Part shown: in pieces, positions 17,045 to 26,639 of the stretch
How positions within the stretch are numbered: position 1 is the first letter of the stretch
Layout: each line of letters opens with the position of its first letter
Assembly (NCBI GenBank): GCA_012729815.1
Contig: JAAYCJ010000014.1
Coordinates: 1,043-65,042 of the forward strand
Reading direction: 5' to 3'
From: Phycisphaerae bacterium
GTDB lineage: Bacteria; Planctomycetota; Phycisphaerae; JAAYCJ01
Length of the DNA stretch: 64,000 nucleotides
Notes under the pieces: generated by a model
Told to the model about the DNA's origin: nothing
Database searches by the model: none
Seen by the model: only the letters and a program-made list of their open reading frames with translations
Position numbers and translations under genes: made by a program

Positions 17045-18970
17045 ATGCGGCGATTCCCTTCGGCGGCGATCTGCCTGATTACTGTGTCCGCGGCGGCGTT
17101 CCTGGGGGCCTGCAACGGTCCCGTCAACAACCTGGCCAAGAATCAGGAGTATCTCCTGACGGTCAGCGTCGAGGGCCATGGCACGGTCAGCCCGGACACC
17201 CTCACCTACAACGCCGGGACTTCCGTGGTCCTCGTGGCGGAGCCCGCCGCCGGCTGGCACTTCGTCCGATGGGAAGGCTCCGGTCAGGGCACCGGCGATA
17301 CGCTGCAACTGGTCATGGACCGCGATCGCGCGGTCACCGCGGTTTTTGAGGAGGGTGTGCTTCAATACACCTTGACCGTGGAAGTCGAGGGCCAGGGCAG
17401 CGTTAACCCTTCATCCGGCGCGCATGGGTACGATCCGAATTCCATCGTTAACCTCACCGCCACCGCCGCCGACGGCTGGCGCTTCGTCGAGTGGCAGGGC
17501 TTCGCCGGCGGGACCGACCCTGCGACCACCGTTACCATGACCGGCAACAAGACGGTCAAAGCCGTCTTCGAGGAGGATACGTCGCAGACGCTGACCATCG
17601 CGGTTCAGGGCCAGGGTACGGTCGATCCGGCGGTCGGTCAGCACGAGTATGAGAGGGACACGCAGGTGAGCGTGAAGGCCGCCGCCGCCGACGGCTGGCA
17701 CTTCGTTCGATGGGAAGGGGACGCCGCCGGCAACACACCCAGCGCGACCGTCTCCATGGACGCCGACAAGACGGTCACCGCCGTCTTTGAAGAGGACAGC
17801 GACGCATACAACCTGACCATCGCCGTCAGCGGCCAGGGGACCACCGATCCCGCCGCCGGGACTCACAGCTATCCTGCCGACGGATCGGTCAGCCTGACCG
17901 CCGCCGCCGCCGCCGGCTGGCATTTCGTCCGCTGGCAGGGCGACGCCCAGGGCACCTCGCCGACGGTCGAATTGACGATGGGTTCGGCCAAGACGGTCAC
18001 CGCGATCTTCGAGGAGGACGCGGCCGAATATACCCTCACCGTCTCGGCCATCGGCCAGGGCACCGTGGATCCGGCCGTCGGAGGCTACAGCTACGCCGAC
18101 GGCCAGCAGGTCACGCTGACCGCCACGGCGGGCGAGAGCTGGCGGTTCGACCGCTGGCAGGGCGACGTGACCGGGACGGACAACCCCGTCACGGTGACCA
18201 TGTCCGCCACCCGCAGCGTGACCGCCGTCTTCGTCCGCCAGTATCGCCTGAGCGTGGCCGCGACCGGCCAGGGAACCACCAGCCCGGCCGTTGGCGATCA
18301 TTTCTACGACGTCGGCCAGACCGTGACCGTCTCAGCCACGCCCGCCAACGGCTGGCGATTCCTCGATTGGACCGGCGACCTGTCCTCGTCCAACCAGAGC
18401 GCCGATCTGGTCATGGACGACGACAAGGCCATCACCGCCTCCTTCGGCGGCGCGGGCGTCCAGGTCATGATCGAAACCTCCAAAGGCAATATTCTCGTCG
18501 AACTGGACGATGAGCTGGCGCCGGTCACCGTCGAAAACTTCCTCAGTTACGTCGATGAGGGGTTCTACGACGGGACCGACGGCAAAGAGGCCACCATCTT
18601 CCACCGCGTGATTCCCGATTTCATGGTTCAGTGCGGCGGCTTCACCGAAGAGCTGGAAGAGAAGGAGACGCACGACCCGATCGTCCTCGAGTCGGACAAC
18701 GGCTTGAGGAACGTGCGGGGCACGATCGCGATGGCCCGCACCACCGAACCCGACAGCGCCACCTCGCAGTTTTTCATCAACGTGGTGGACAACGATTTCC
18801 TCAACTACGCGAGCGAAGCGAAGCCCGGCTACGCCGTTTTCGGCCGCGTGCTGGAGGGCATGGACGTCGCCGACGAGATCGTCGCCGTCGAGACCGCCTC
18901 CGTCGGTCCGCACGACGACGTGCCGGTGGAGGCCATCTTCATTACCTCCGTGTATCGCGTTGAGGAATGA
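17045..18970 (+). CDS. Lipoprotein with six InlB-B-type repeats fused to a C-terminal cyclophilin-type peptidyl-prolyl isomerase domain
   Basis: The signal peptide carries a lipobox (FLGAC). Six GWHFVRWEGD-type repeats follow. The C-terminal 170 aa (VMIETSKGNILVELDDELAPVTVENF...[15 protein letters not shown]...ARTTEPDSATSQFFINV) is a clear cyclophilin. Confidence 0.8.
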   Translation: MRRFPSAAICLITVSAAAFLGACNGPVNNLAKNQEYLLTVSVEGHGTVSPDTLTYNAGTSVVLVAEPAAGWHFVRWEGSGQGTGDTLQLVMDRDRAVTAVFEEGVLQYTLTVEVEGQGSVNPSSGAHGYDPNSIVNLTATAADGWRFVEWQGFAGGTDPATTVTMTGNKTVKAVFEEDTSQTLTIAVQGQGTVDPAVGQHEYERDTQVSVKAAAADGWHFVRWEGDAAGNTPSATVSMDADKTVTAVFEEDSDAYNLTIAVSGQGTTDPAAGTHSYPADGSVSLTAAAAAGWHFVRWQGDAQGTSPTVELTMGSAKTVTAIFEEDAAEYTLTVSAIGQGTVDPAVGGYSYADGQQVTLTATAGESWRFDRWQGDVTGTDNPVTVTMSATRSVTAVFVRQYRLSVAATGQGTTSPAVGDHFYDVGQTVTVSATPANGWRFLDWTGDLSSSNQSADLVMDDDKAITASFGGAGVQVMIETSKGNILVELDDELAPVTVENFLSYVDEGFYDGTDGKEATIFHRVIPDFMVQCGGFTEELEEKETHDPIVLESDNGLRNVRGTIAMARTTEPDSATSQFFINVVDNDFLNYASEAKPGYAVFGRVLEGMDVADEIVAVETASVGPHDDVPVEAIFITSVYRVEE

Positions 18971-19073
18971 TGTCTGTGAGACATGGGGACGGTGGCGCCG
19001 GCTGAGGGCGGTTTGACCGACCATCGTAAAAGGGCGCCATCGCTCCGCAGCCATCCATTCGAGGAACAGCGTC

Positions 19074-19876
19074 ATGACCGATCAGGTGCAGTTCGACGCC
19101 GCACGGCTCTTCGACCTGTCCGGCCGGGTCGCCATCGTCACCGGCGCCGCCCGCGGCAACGGACGGGCCATTGCCGAAGGCTTGGCTGCGGTCGGCGCGC
19201 CGTGGTGCTTGCCGATGTCCTGGCGGACGAACTGCAAAGCGTTGAGCAGGCCGTCGCCGAGCGCGGCGGCCGAGCCCTGGCTGTGCCCACCGACCTGCGC
19301 AACAATGACGATCTTATCTCGCTGGTCGAAAAGGCGGCAGGGGAGTTCGGGCGGATCGATGTTCTCGTCAACTGCGCCGGGGTCAGCGTTGGCGGGCCGT
19401 CGCACGAGTATGCCGAAACCGACTGGCGGTTCACCTTCGACGTCAACGTCGACGCCGCCTTCAAACTCGCCAAGCTCGTCGCCGTCCACATGATCCCGCA
19501 GCGGTCCGGCTCGATCATCAATATCACCAGCATCGGCGCCGCCCAGGGCTTTCCCAACAACCCAGCGTACCAGGCCTCGAAGGGCGCCCTTCAGCAGCTC
19601 ACGCGAGCCTTGGCCACCGATTGGGCCAGATACAACATCCGCGTCAATAACCTCTGTCCCGGTTACTTTATGACCGCGATGACCCGCAAGAGCTGGTCCA
19701 ATCCGCAGATCGCCTCCCGCCGCGCCGCCCGCTGCATGCTCAACCGCTGGGGCGAACCGCGCGAACTGGTCGGGCCGGTGATCTTCCTGGCCTCCGAAGC
19801 TTCCAGCTACATGACCGGCAACGACCTCTTCATCGACGGCGGATTCAACAAGACGGGAATCCTGGAAGGGCAGTAG
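19074..19876 (+). pseudogene. Short-chain dehydrogenase/reductase (SDR) gene disrupted by a 1-nt deletion near 19199-19202
   Basis: The N-terminus LSGRVAIVTGAARGNGRAIAEGLAAVGA is in frame 0. The continuation VVLADVLADELQ...NCAGV...YQASKGAL (SDR catalytic YxxxK) is in frame 2 as ORF 18983..19876. Only 2 nt separate the frame-0 and frame-2 codons, where the intact gene needs 3. Confidence 0.65.
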
Positions 19877-19981
19877 CCGTTCGCCGCAAGCGGTTCCTTT
19901 CTGGTCCGCCTGTTCGCCTCTCGCTATAATGCTCTCTGGCCTGTTTGCGCGGCTTGACACCATCGAACCGGGAGAACCTCT

Positions 19982-20935
19982 GTGGACTGGATATTCGATC
20001 GTCGAAGTGGAGCGCGTGTATCCGACCGGCTCGAGCTCGCCGGCGGACCGGTGGTCGTTCTGGAAAACGAGCGTCTCCGCGCGGTCTGCCTGGCCGGCAA
20101 GGGGGCGGACATCGTCTCGCTGTTCAACAAGGACGCGGCCTGCGAATGCCTCAGCCAGCCGTATCCCACCTTTCCCTTCCGGCCCGGCGAGGCGCCCGCT
20201 CTCGGCCGCGAATTCGGCAAGTACATGACCGTCTGGCCCGAGATGTTTCCCGTGGCCAGCGCCTGGGGCGATTACTTCGGCCAGGCCCAGCCGTTCCACG
20301 GTGAGGCCCGCCTGCTCGCCTGGCGGCACGAGATCATCGAGGACTCCCCCCAACGCGTCTCGGTCCGGCTGTCGGCCCGGATGCAGCTCAGCCCGTTCCG
20401 GCTGACCCGCACCATGACCCTCGATGCCGACTCGCCCGTCCTGGCCCTCGACGAGCGCGTCGAGAATCTCGCCAACCAGCCGCTGCCGGTCCTTTGGGGC
20501 CACCATCCGACCTTTGGACCGCCGTTCCTCGACGAGACCTGCCGCGTCCAACTGCCCGGCGGCGACTACATCGACGGCGACGACTCGATGCTCCAACTCG
20601 CTCCGCCCGGCTCCGGCGTCCACAACATGTTCTATCGCCTCAACCTCTCATCCGGCCGGTGTGGCCTGTTCAGCCACAAACGCGGCTTCGGTGTCGGTCT
20701 GCGATTCGATCACCAGCTCTTTCGCGTCATCTGGATTTGGCAGGGCCTCAACCAAAACAGCGGCGCGCCAAACTTCGACACCCGCTACGCCTGCGCGGTC
20801 GAGCCGGTCACCGGCCTGCCCAAACAGCACGCCCAAAGCGACCGGACGCCGCCGATCCTCGTCCATCCCGAAACGCCGCTGACCACCCGCCTCGACGTAT
20901 TCCTCTACACCGACCAAAGGGACCTGGAGGATTGA
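19982..20935 (+). CDS. Hypothetical protein, possibly galactose mutarotase-like (aldose-1-epimerase superfamily, DUF4432-like)
   Basis: GTG start with a GGGAGAA RBS. Composition is natural. The segment WGHHPTFGPPFLDE is mutarotase-like, a weak call. It is tightly coupled to the next gene with a 2-nt gap. Confidence 0.4.
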   Translation: MDWIFDRRSGARVSDRLELAGGPVVVLENERLRAVCLAGKGADIVSLFNKDAACECLSQPYPTFPFRPGEAPALGREFGKYMTVWPEMFPVASAWGDYFGQAQPFHGEARLLAWRHEIIEDSPQRVSVRLSARMQLSPFRLTRTMTLDADSPVLALDERVENLANQPLPVLWGHHPTFGPPFLDETCRVQLPGGDYIDGDDSMLQLAPPGSGVHNMFYRLNLSSGRCGLFSHKRGFGVGLRFDHQLFRVIWIWQGLNQNSGAPNFDTRYACAVEPVTGLPKQHAQSDRTPPILVHPETPLTTRLDVFLYTDQRDLED

Positions 20936-20937
20936 CG

Positions 20938-21501
20938 ATGGGCGAACTTCGACCACCGCCGCCGGCCAAGCTGTTTGTCGCGATGCTCGTCGCGCCGGAC
21001 GTTGCCGGCCGCGTCGACCGGATCGACGGGCGGCTGATCGAGTGTTTCGGCCCCATCGATCTGGTCAGTCCCGATTTCTCCTTCGAGTTCACCGACTACT
21101 ACAAGGCCGAGATGGGCGAGAATCTGGTCCGTCGTATCGTCAGCTTCGAATCCCTCTTCGATCCGGCCGGGCTGCCGGCGGTCAAGCACCGCACCAACGA
21201 CCTGGAAGCCGAGTTGACGGCTGAGCTGCGTAATCCTGAGTCCGGCCGGGCGGTCAACCTTGACGCGGGCTATCTGACCCTCGGCCAACTCGTTCTGGCC
21301 ACCACCAAGAGCCACGCCCACCGTCTCTACCTGCGCGACGGGATATGGGCTGAGGTCACCCTCCGCTATCACAAGGGCGACTACGAAAAATGGCCCTGGA
21401 CCTATCCGGACTATGCCTCCGGACGGTATAATTCGTTCTGGCGACCGATGCGCGACAAACTCAAGCGGCAGATGGAGGAAACGCAAAGCTCCCATGAATG
21501 A
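20938..21501 (+). CDS. Small conserved hypothetical protein (DUF4416-like)
   Basis: Start re-called to the ATG of MGELRPP, which has a GGAGGA RBS; the listed ORF 20494 is an upstream GC extension. The 187-aa protein contains NLDAGYLTLGQLVLATTK..HAHRLYLRDGIWAEVTLRY. Confidence 0.5.
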   Translation: MGELRPPPPAKLFVAMLVAPDVAGRVDRIDGRLIECFGPIDLVSPDFSFEFTDYYKAEMGENLVRRIVSFESLFDPAGLPAVKHRTNDLEAELTAELRNPESGRAVNLDAGYLTLGQLVLATTKSHAHRLYLRDGIWAEVTLRYHKGDYEKWPWTYPDYASGRYNSFWRPMRDKLKRQMEETQSSHE

Positions 21502-22600
21502 CCCTTCCACCGCCACGCTGGCCCGCATGCTCCTGCTGATCGCCGGGCCCTCAGCGGTCGTCAGTTTCGGCCTGTGCTACCTGATGCGGGTGTTGGCCCC
21601 GGCGCTCGGTTATATGGACCGTCCCGGCGGCCGCAAGAGCCACCCGCGCGCCATGCCGATGGGCGGCGGCGTCGCCGTCGTGCTGACGGTGATCGCCTTG
21701 ATCGCGGCGGGGATCGCCGCGGTGCTCTCCGATGTCTACGCCTCGTTTCCCGCGTTCGACTGGCTCGCCGTGCACCGCGAAGGCCTGGCCTTGCGGCTCC
21801 ATCAATTGGCCGGCGTCCTGTTCTGCGGGCTGATCCTCCTCGTTCTGGGCGTCTTCGACGACGTCAAGGATCTCGGCCCCAGGTTCAAACTCCTCGTCCA
21901 GTTCCTTCTGGCCGGTCTGGTGGTCTTCGGGTTCGACGTTCAGGCGACGGTCTTCCTGCCCGCGCCGATCCTCGGTTCGCTGCTGACCGTGCTGTGGATC
22001 GTGGTCATCACCAACGCCTTCAACTTCCTGGACAACGCCGACGGCCTGGCCTCCGGCGTCGCCCTTATCTGCACCGCCGTGCTGATCGCCGTCGCCGTCG
22101 GCTCGGGCCAGATCTTCGTCTCAGCCTATCTGGCCTGCTTCGCCGGGGCGATCATCGGATTCCTGCTTCACAATTTCCCGCCCGCCCGCATCTACCTCGG
22201 CGACGCGGGCAGCCAGCCCATTGGCTTCCTGCTCGCCGTCGGCACCATCCTGACCACCTATTATCAGGAGCAGTCGCCCGATCAGCTCCGCACCGCCGTC
22301 TTTATTCCGCTTATCATCATGGCCATTCCGCTCTACGATTTCTTCTCGGTGATCGTCATCCGGCTGCGGGCGGGCAAGAGCCCGTTCGTCGGCGACCACC
22401 GGCATTTCTCGCACCGCCTGCTGCAGCGCGGCCTGCGGGTGCGCGACGTGGTGCTGACCATCTACCTGGCCTGCGGCGCCACCGCCGTCGGAGCGATCGT
22501 CCTTCAGCAGGTCGCCTGGCCGTACGCGATGCTCATCTTCCTCCAGACCCTCTGCATCGTCGCCATCATCGGCATTCTGGAGTATCAGCCGAAAAAGTGA
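21494..22600 (+). CDS. Polyprenyl-phosphate sugar-1-phosphate transferase (glycosyltransferase family 4, WecA/MraY/TagO-like)
   Basis: Family motifs are present: DRPGGRKSH, VFDDVKDL, NAFNFLDNADGLASG. It has about 10 TM segments. The start (MNDPST) overlaps the upstream gene by 8 bp. Confidence 0.8.
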   Translation: MNDPSTATLARMLLLIAGPSAVVSFGLCYLMRVLAPALGYMDRPGGRKSHPRAMPMGGGVAVVLTVIALIAAGIAAVLSDVYASFPAFDWLAVHREGLALRLHQLAGVLFCGLILLVLGVFDDVKDLGPRFKLLVQFLLAGLVVFGFDVQATVFLPAPILGSLLTVLWIVVITNAFNFLDNADGLASGVALICTAVLIAVAVGSGQIFVSAYLACFAGAIIGFLLHNFPPARIYLGDAGSQPIGFLLAVGTILTTYYQEQSPDQLRTAVFIPLIIMAIPLYDFFSVIVIRLRAGKSPFVGDHRHFSHRLLQRGLRVRDVVLTIYLACGATAVGAIVLQQVAWPYAMLIFLQTLCIVAIIGILEYQPKK

Positions 22601-22601
22601 C

Positions 22602-24914
22602 ATGAACGCCACGGCCCGACCGCACAACCCGGTCCGCGAGAAGCTCTCAGCCGCCCTGTTCGTGATGCTGCTGATCGTGATCGGCGTCGCCTCCATCAGC
22701 CAACTCCGCTGGACCAGCCCTTCCGGCCAGATGGACAGCAGCTTCGGCGGCGGTTACGATCTGACCGCTGCGGCGGTCATGGGTCTGGTGGTCCTGCTGG
22801 TTGGCGCGGCTGCGTGGATCGTCTGCCCGTGTCGGCCGCGACTGAACCTGCTGCTGGCCGCTGAGATCCTCTTCGTCGCCGGCCTGATCGTCTCGACCTG
22901 GTTCGCCGCCGACCATCGCGTTGCCCTCAACTACGCCGCCGGCTTCGTCGTGTGCCTCGTGCTCATGCACGCGACGTTCCGCCTGACCGACCGGCCGTGG
23001 AAGGTGCGGCTCGCCCTGATCGCCCTGGTCGCTCTGGGAACCATCTTCGCCCTCAAGACCTGGAGCCGCGAACTCTACGAGACCGACCAGACCTGGACGC
23101 AGTACCTCGAAACCCGCGAGCAGCTCTGGGCTCGTCAGGGCAAGGCGCTCGACGACCCAGCGGTCAAGCTCTACGAGGCCCGCCTGCTGAGCCGCGACAA
23201 CGGCGGCTTCTTCTTTCACGGCAATCTCGGCGGGGCCTATCTGGCCTTCCTTTTGATGGTCAGCCTCGCCGCCGTCGCCAACCGCCTTCGCGACCGGGCC
23301 GGGCCGTACCAGAAGACCTGGCTGGCGGTCCAGGTGCTGCTGTCGCTGCTGATCGCCTCCGCCCTGGTCATCACCTACAGCAAGGGCGCGATGATGGCTT
23401 TGGGCATTGCGCTGATGGCCTCGATGATCCTGCTGCTCTTTGGGCGGCGGCTGCGGCGGCGGGTCAACCTGGCCGCACTCGTCGCGCTGCTGATCGTGCT
23501 GGCCGGTTTCGCCGCGGTCATCGGCCACGGCCTGGCCCGAAACACGCTGCCGACGCTGTCGATGGCGTTTCGCTGGCAGTACTGGACCGCCGGCTGGCAT
23601 ATGTTCCTCGACCATCCGCTGACCGGCGTCGGGCCCGGCAACTTCGGCTATCACTACATGCGCTACAAACTGCCCGAAGCCGAAGAGGAGGTTCTCTCGC
23701 CGCACAATTTCATCGTGCAGGGCTTCACCGAATTCGGCATCCTCGGCGGCCTCGGCATCGTCCTGCTGCCGCTGGCGATCTTCTACAGCCTTGCCCGCTC
23801 CGCCGCCGCCGATTCGCCGCCGCTGTCCGTTCTCGAATCGCAGCCGCCCCGCGCCGGCCCGCTGATGCTCATCATCCTCGCCGGCATCTACATCTTCGCC
23901 GTCGCGTTCAACCAGACCGGCCTGGACAACCCGCTGATCCTGTTGGCGCTTCACTGGCCCTACATCCTCGGTTTCGCCCTGAGTTTCACCCTCTCGTCGC
24001 TCCGCTTCGACGAACTTGGCGACATCGACGACCGCTTCGGCGGCCGCGGCAAGCTCGTCGATCCGCCGGTGCTGGTCTTCCTCGCTGGCGCGCTGGTGCT
24101 CTTTGTCGCGGGCAACCTGGTCAACTTCTCGTTCTTCGAGCCTTCGAACCAGTTCCTGTTCTTCTTCATAGCGGGCCTGGCGCTCGCCGCGGCGCCCCCG
24201 CAGACATCGCTCACGACGCCCAAGTGCGACCTGGCCAAATCCGCCGGTCTGGCCGTCCTGGCCCTGCTGTTCCTGATCTACGTTGTCGTGCCCGCCGCCC
24301 GCATCGAGACCGCGGTGGCCGACGCCGAAGACTCACCGCCCGCCCGCGATCCCGCCTTCGATCAGCCGTATCAACGCCTGGTCGAGCTTACCGAGCAATA
24401 TCCCTTCGACCCGCACCCGCCCGCCAAGGCCGCTGAGCGGCTGCTGCGACTCGCCCAGCCCGGCGTCGCTCCGGAGCTTCTGATCGCGCAGGCGGTCAAA
24501 CACTTCCAGCAGGCCCGCAGCCGCGCGCCGCAAGTCTACCGTTTCTGGCGGGCTGAGGCCCAGGCATGGCTCCTGCTCGCCGAGACCCGCCCGACCCGCG
24601 CCGATCACGCCTACACCCAGGCCGAAACGCTCCTCGACTGCGCCCTGGAACTGGCCCCGCGCTCTCGTTCGCTCTGGGTCACCGCGGGCCTGACCTCCTA
24701 CCAGCACGCCGTCGCCCTCGAGCCCGCTCAGCCCGACCGCGCCGCCCGCCTCGCCCTCCAGGCCAAAGAGCGTCTTACCACCGCGCTCGAACTCAACGAC
24801 GCCCTTCCCGAAAACTCCCTGCGCCGCTTCCCGCCGTCCCAAATGCGGCAGATCCACAGCGCCCTGGCCTCGCTGGATACCTTCCTCTCCCAGACCACCC
24901 AGCCCGCCCCATAA
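22602..24914 (+). CDS. Wzy_C (O-antigen ligase / O-oligosaccharyltransferase) family membrane protein with a C-terminal TPR-like soluble domain
   Basis: Wzy_C motifs YSKGAMMALG and HPLTGVGPGNFGYHY..PHNFIVQGFTEFGILGG are present. The C-terminal ~230 aa are helical and TPR-like. It starts 1 nt after the upstream stop. Confidence 0.75.
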   Translation: MNATARPHNPVREKLSAALFVMLLIVIGVASISQLRWTSPSGQMDSSFGGGYDLTAAAVMGLVVLLVGAAAWIVCPCRPRLNLLLAAEILFVAGLIVSTWFAADHRVALNYAAGFVVCLVLMHATFRLTDRPWKVRLALIALVALGTIFALKTWSRELYETDQTWTQYLETREQLWARQGKALDDPAVKLYEARLLSRDNGGFFFHGNLGGAYLAFLLMVSLAAVANRLRDRAGPYQKTWLAVQVLLSLLIASALVITYSKGAMMALGIALMASMILLLFGRRLRRRVNLAALVALLIVLAGFAAVIGHGLARNTLPTLSMAFRWQYWTAGWHMFLDHPLTGVGPGNFGYHYMRYKLPEAEEEVLSPHNFIVQGFTEFGILGGLGIVLLPLAIFYSLARSAAADSPPLSVLESQPPRAGPLMLIILAGIYIFAVAFNQTGLDNPLILLALHWPYILGFALSFTLSSLRFDELGDIDDRFGGRGKLVDPPVLVFLAGALVLFVAGNLVNFSFFEPSNQFLFFFIAGLALAAAPPQTSLTTPKCDLAKSAGLAVLALLFLIYVVVPAARIETAVADAEDSPPARDPAFDQPYQRLVELTEQYPFDPHPPAKAAERLLRLAQPGVAPELLIAQAVKHFQQARSRAPQVYRFWRAEAQAWLLLAETRPTRADHAYTQAETLLDCALELAPRSRSLWVTAGLTSYQHAVALEPAQPDRAARLALQAKERLTTALELNDALPENSLRRFPPSQMRQIHSALASLDTFLSQTTQPAP

Positions 24915-24970
24915 AAAAAGAGGCCGCCCAACAGCGACCTCTTCTATTCTGGCTTCTGACTTCCGCCTTC

Positions 24971-25654
24971 TTACTTCTTTTCCGCCTTCTCGATCACCAC
25001 CGGCTCGGCCGGCACATTCTCGTGCGGTCCGACCCTCGTCGTCCGCACCGCGACGATCTTGTCCACCACGTCCATCCCCTCGACCACCTTGCCGAACACC
25101 GCGTAGCCCGGATTCCGCGCCCCGCGATAGTTCAGGAAATCGTTGTTCGCCACGTTGACAAAGAACTGCGCCGTCGCGCTGTCCGGATCGGCGGTCCGCG
25201 CCATCGCGATCGTGCCGCGCAGGTTCTTCAAGCCGTTCGCGGCTTCGTTCTTGATCGGCTTGTGCACCCGCTTCTGCTCCATCCGCGGCGTGAACCCGCC
25301 GCCCTGGATCATGAAGTCCGGGATCACCCGGTGAAAGATCGTCCCGTCGAAATGCCCCTCTTCGACGTACCGCAGGAAGTTCTTCGCTGTGATCGGCGCC
25401 TTCTCTTCATTCAGCTCCAGCACGATCCGGCCCATGCTCGTCTCGAGCACCACCTGCGGCGCCTTCGGCTGGGTGGTCGGCTGAGTCGCCGGCTGCGTCG
25501 AAGCCTGCTCGCTCGGCCTGGTCGTCGGTTTCTGATCCGTCATGGTCGTCTCCTTTGTGGTTCCTTCATCCGCCCGGCTTTCCCAACTGCCGTACCCGAT
25601 CAGCCACGCCAGTCCCGCCGTCAACGCCCCAGCCGCGATCAGTGAACGCTTCAT
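24971..25654 (-). CDS. Secreted cyclophilin-type peptidyl-prolyl cis-trans isomerase
   Basis: A signal peptide and a Thr/Pro/Gln-rich linker precede the cyclophilin core ([15 protein letters not shown]...[17 protein letters not shown]). It is a paralog of the C-terminal domain of 17045..18970. Confidence 0.85.
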   Translation of the reverse strand: MKRSLIAAGALTAGLAWLIGYGSWESRADEGTTKETTMTDQKPTTRPSEQASTQPATQPTTQPKAPQVVLETSMGRIVLELNEEKAPITAKNFLRYVEEGHFDGTIFHRVIPDFMIQGGGFTPRMEQKRVHKPIKNEAANGLKNLRGTIAMARTADPDSATAQFFVNVANNDFLNYRGARNPGYAVFGKVVEGMDVVDKIVAVRTTRVGPHENVPAEPVVIEKAEKK

Positions 25655-25787
25655 TGGTCAAGCTCCTGAAAAAAGTCTCCCAATCCTAGCACCCGCCGCC
25701 CGCCCAGACCACCCAAAAACTCCACAAATCCGCCGCCGCGGTGGCCGTCCGAAGGCCGGTGAGAAACGTCTCTGTTCCGGGTCTTGT

Positions 25788-26501
25788 CTATAATCCCAAA
25801 AACTGGATCGCCAGACCCGAACCGCAGATCACCAGCCCCGCCAAAGCGTGAGCGTAGCGTTCCAGCTTGCCCAGCGGCACGAACGACAGGCCCGCCGACG
25901 AGAGCAGCACCACGCCCATCATCGTCGCGATCGTCACCGCCCCGAACACGCCGGCCACCGCCGCCACGCCCCAAAGGCTGTTCTTGATCGCTGGGTACAT
26001 CAGCACCGGGATCAGCGGCTCGCACGGCCCGAACACGAAGATCGTGAACAGAATCCACGGCGTCATGCTCACCGCCGCCTCTTGGCTGTGGACGTGAACG
26101 TGCTCCTGGTGGTGCGTGTGCTCGTGCACGTGCGATTCCTGCTCGCCGTGCTCGTGCCAGTGGCGGTGCGGCTGATTGCGGTACGCCCGCCGCAGACCCC
26201 ACACGAAATACGCGAACCCGAACGCGATCAGCCCCCACGCCGCGATCTGCCCGCGATGCGACTCGATTTCCACCAGACTGTCCACCGCCGCGCCGAGCGC
26301 GATTCCCGCGAACCCCAGCACCACCGAACTGCCGATATGCCCCACTCCGCATGCGAACGTCACTGCAGTCGTCTTCGGCAGCGACCAGCGCCCCGCCTTC
26401 GACATCATGATAAACGGCAGATAATGATCCGGTCCCAGCAGCGTATGGAAAAACCCGATCGACGCCGCCGTCGCCAGCAACAAGCCCATCTCACTGCTCA
26501 T
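25788..26501 (-). CDS. NicO/RcnA-like nickel/cobalt transporter
   Basis: Six TM helices. The TM motif FHTLLGPDH resembles RcnA HAxGPGHGK. There is a His-rich loop HRHWHEHGEQESHVHEHTHHQEHVHVH. Confidence 0.55.
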   Translation of the reverse strand: MSSEMGLLLATAASIGFFHTLLGPDHYLPFIMMSKAGRWSLPKTTAVTFACGVGHIGSSVVLGFAGIALGAAVDSLVEIESHRGQIAAWGLIAFGFAYFVWGLRRAYRNQPHRHWHEHGEQESHVHEHTHHQEHVHVHSQEAAVSMTPWILFTIFVFGPCEPLIPVLMYPAIKNSLWGVAAVAGVFGAVTIATMMGVVLLSSAGLSFVPLGKLERYAHALAGLVICGSGLAIQFLGL

Positions 26502-26639
26502 CGCGAAAATCCTTCACTCAAAGCCTTCGGTGTTAGCGGAGAGTCTACCGATCCGCCTCCGCCCACGCAATGGTAGGGCGGGAGGTTCTCGCCGAAGGCG
26601 AGGTTCACCCGCCATCCGAAAACCAACGACGAAATAAAT

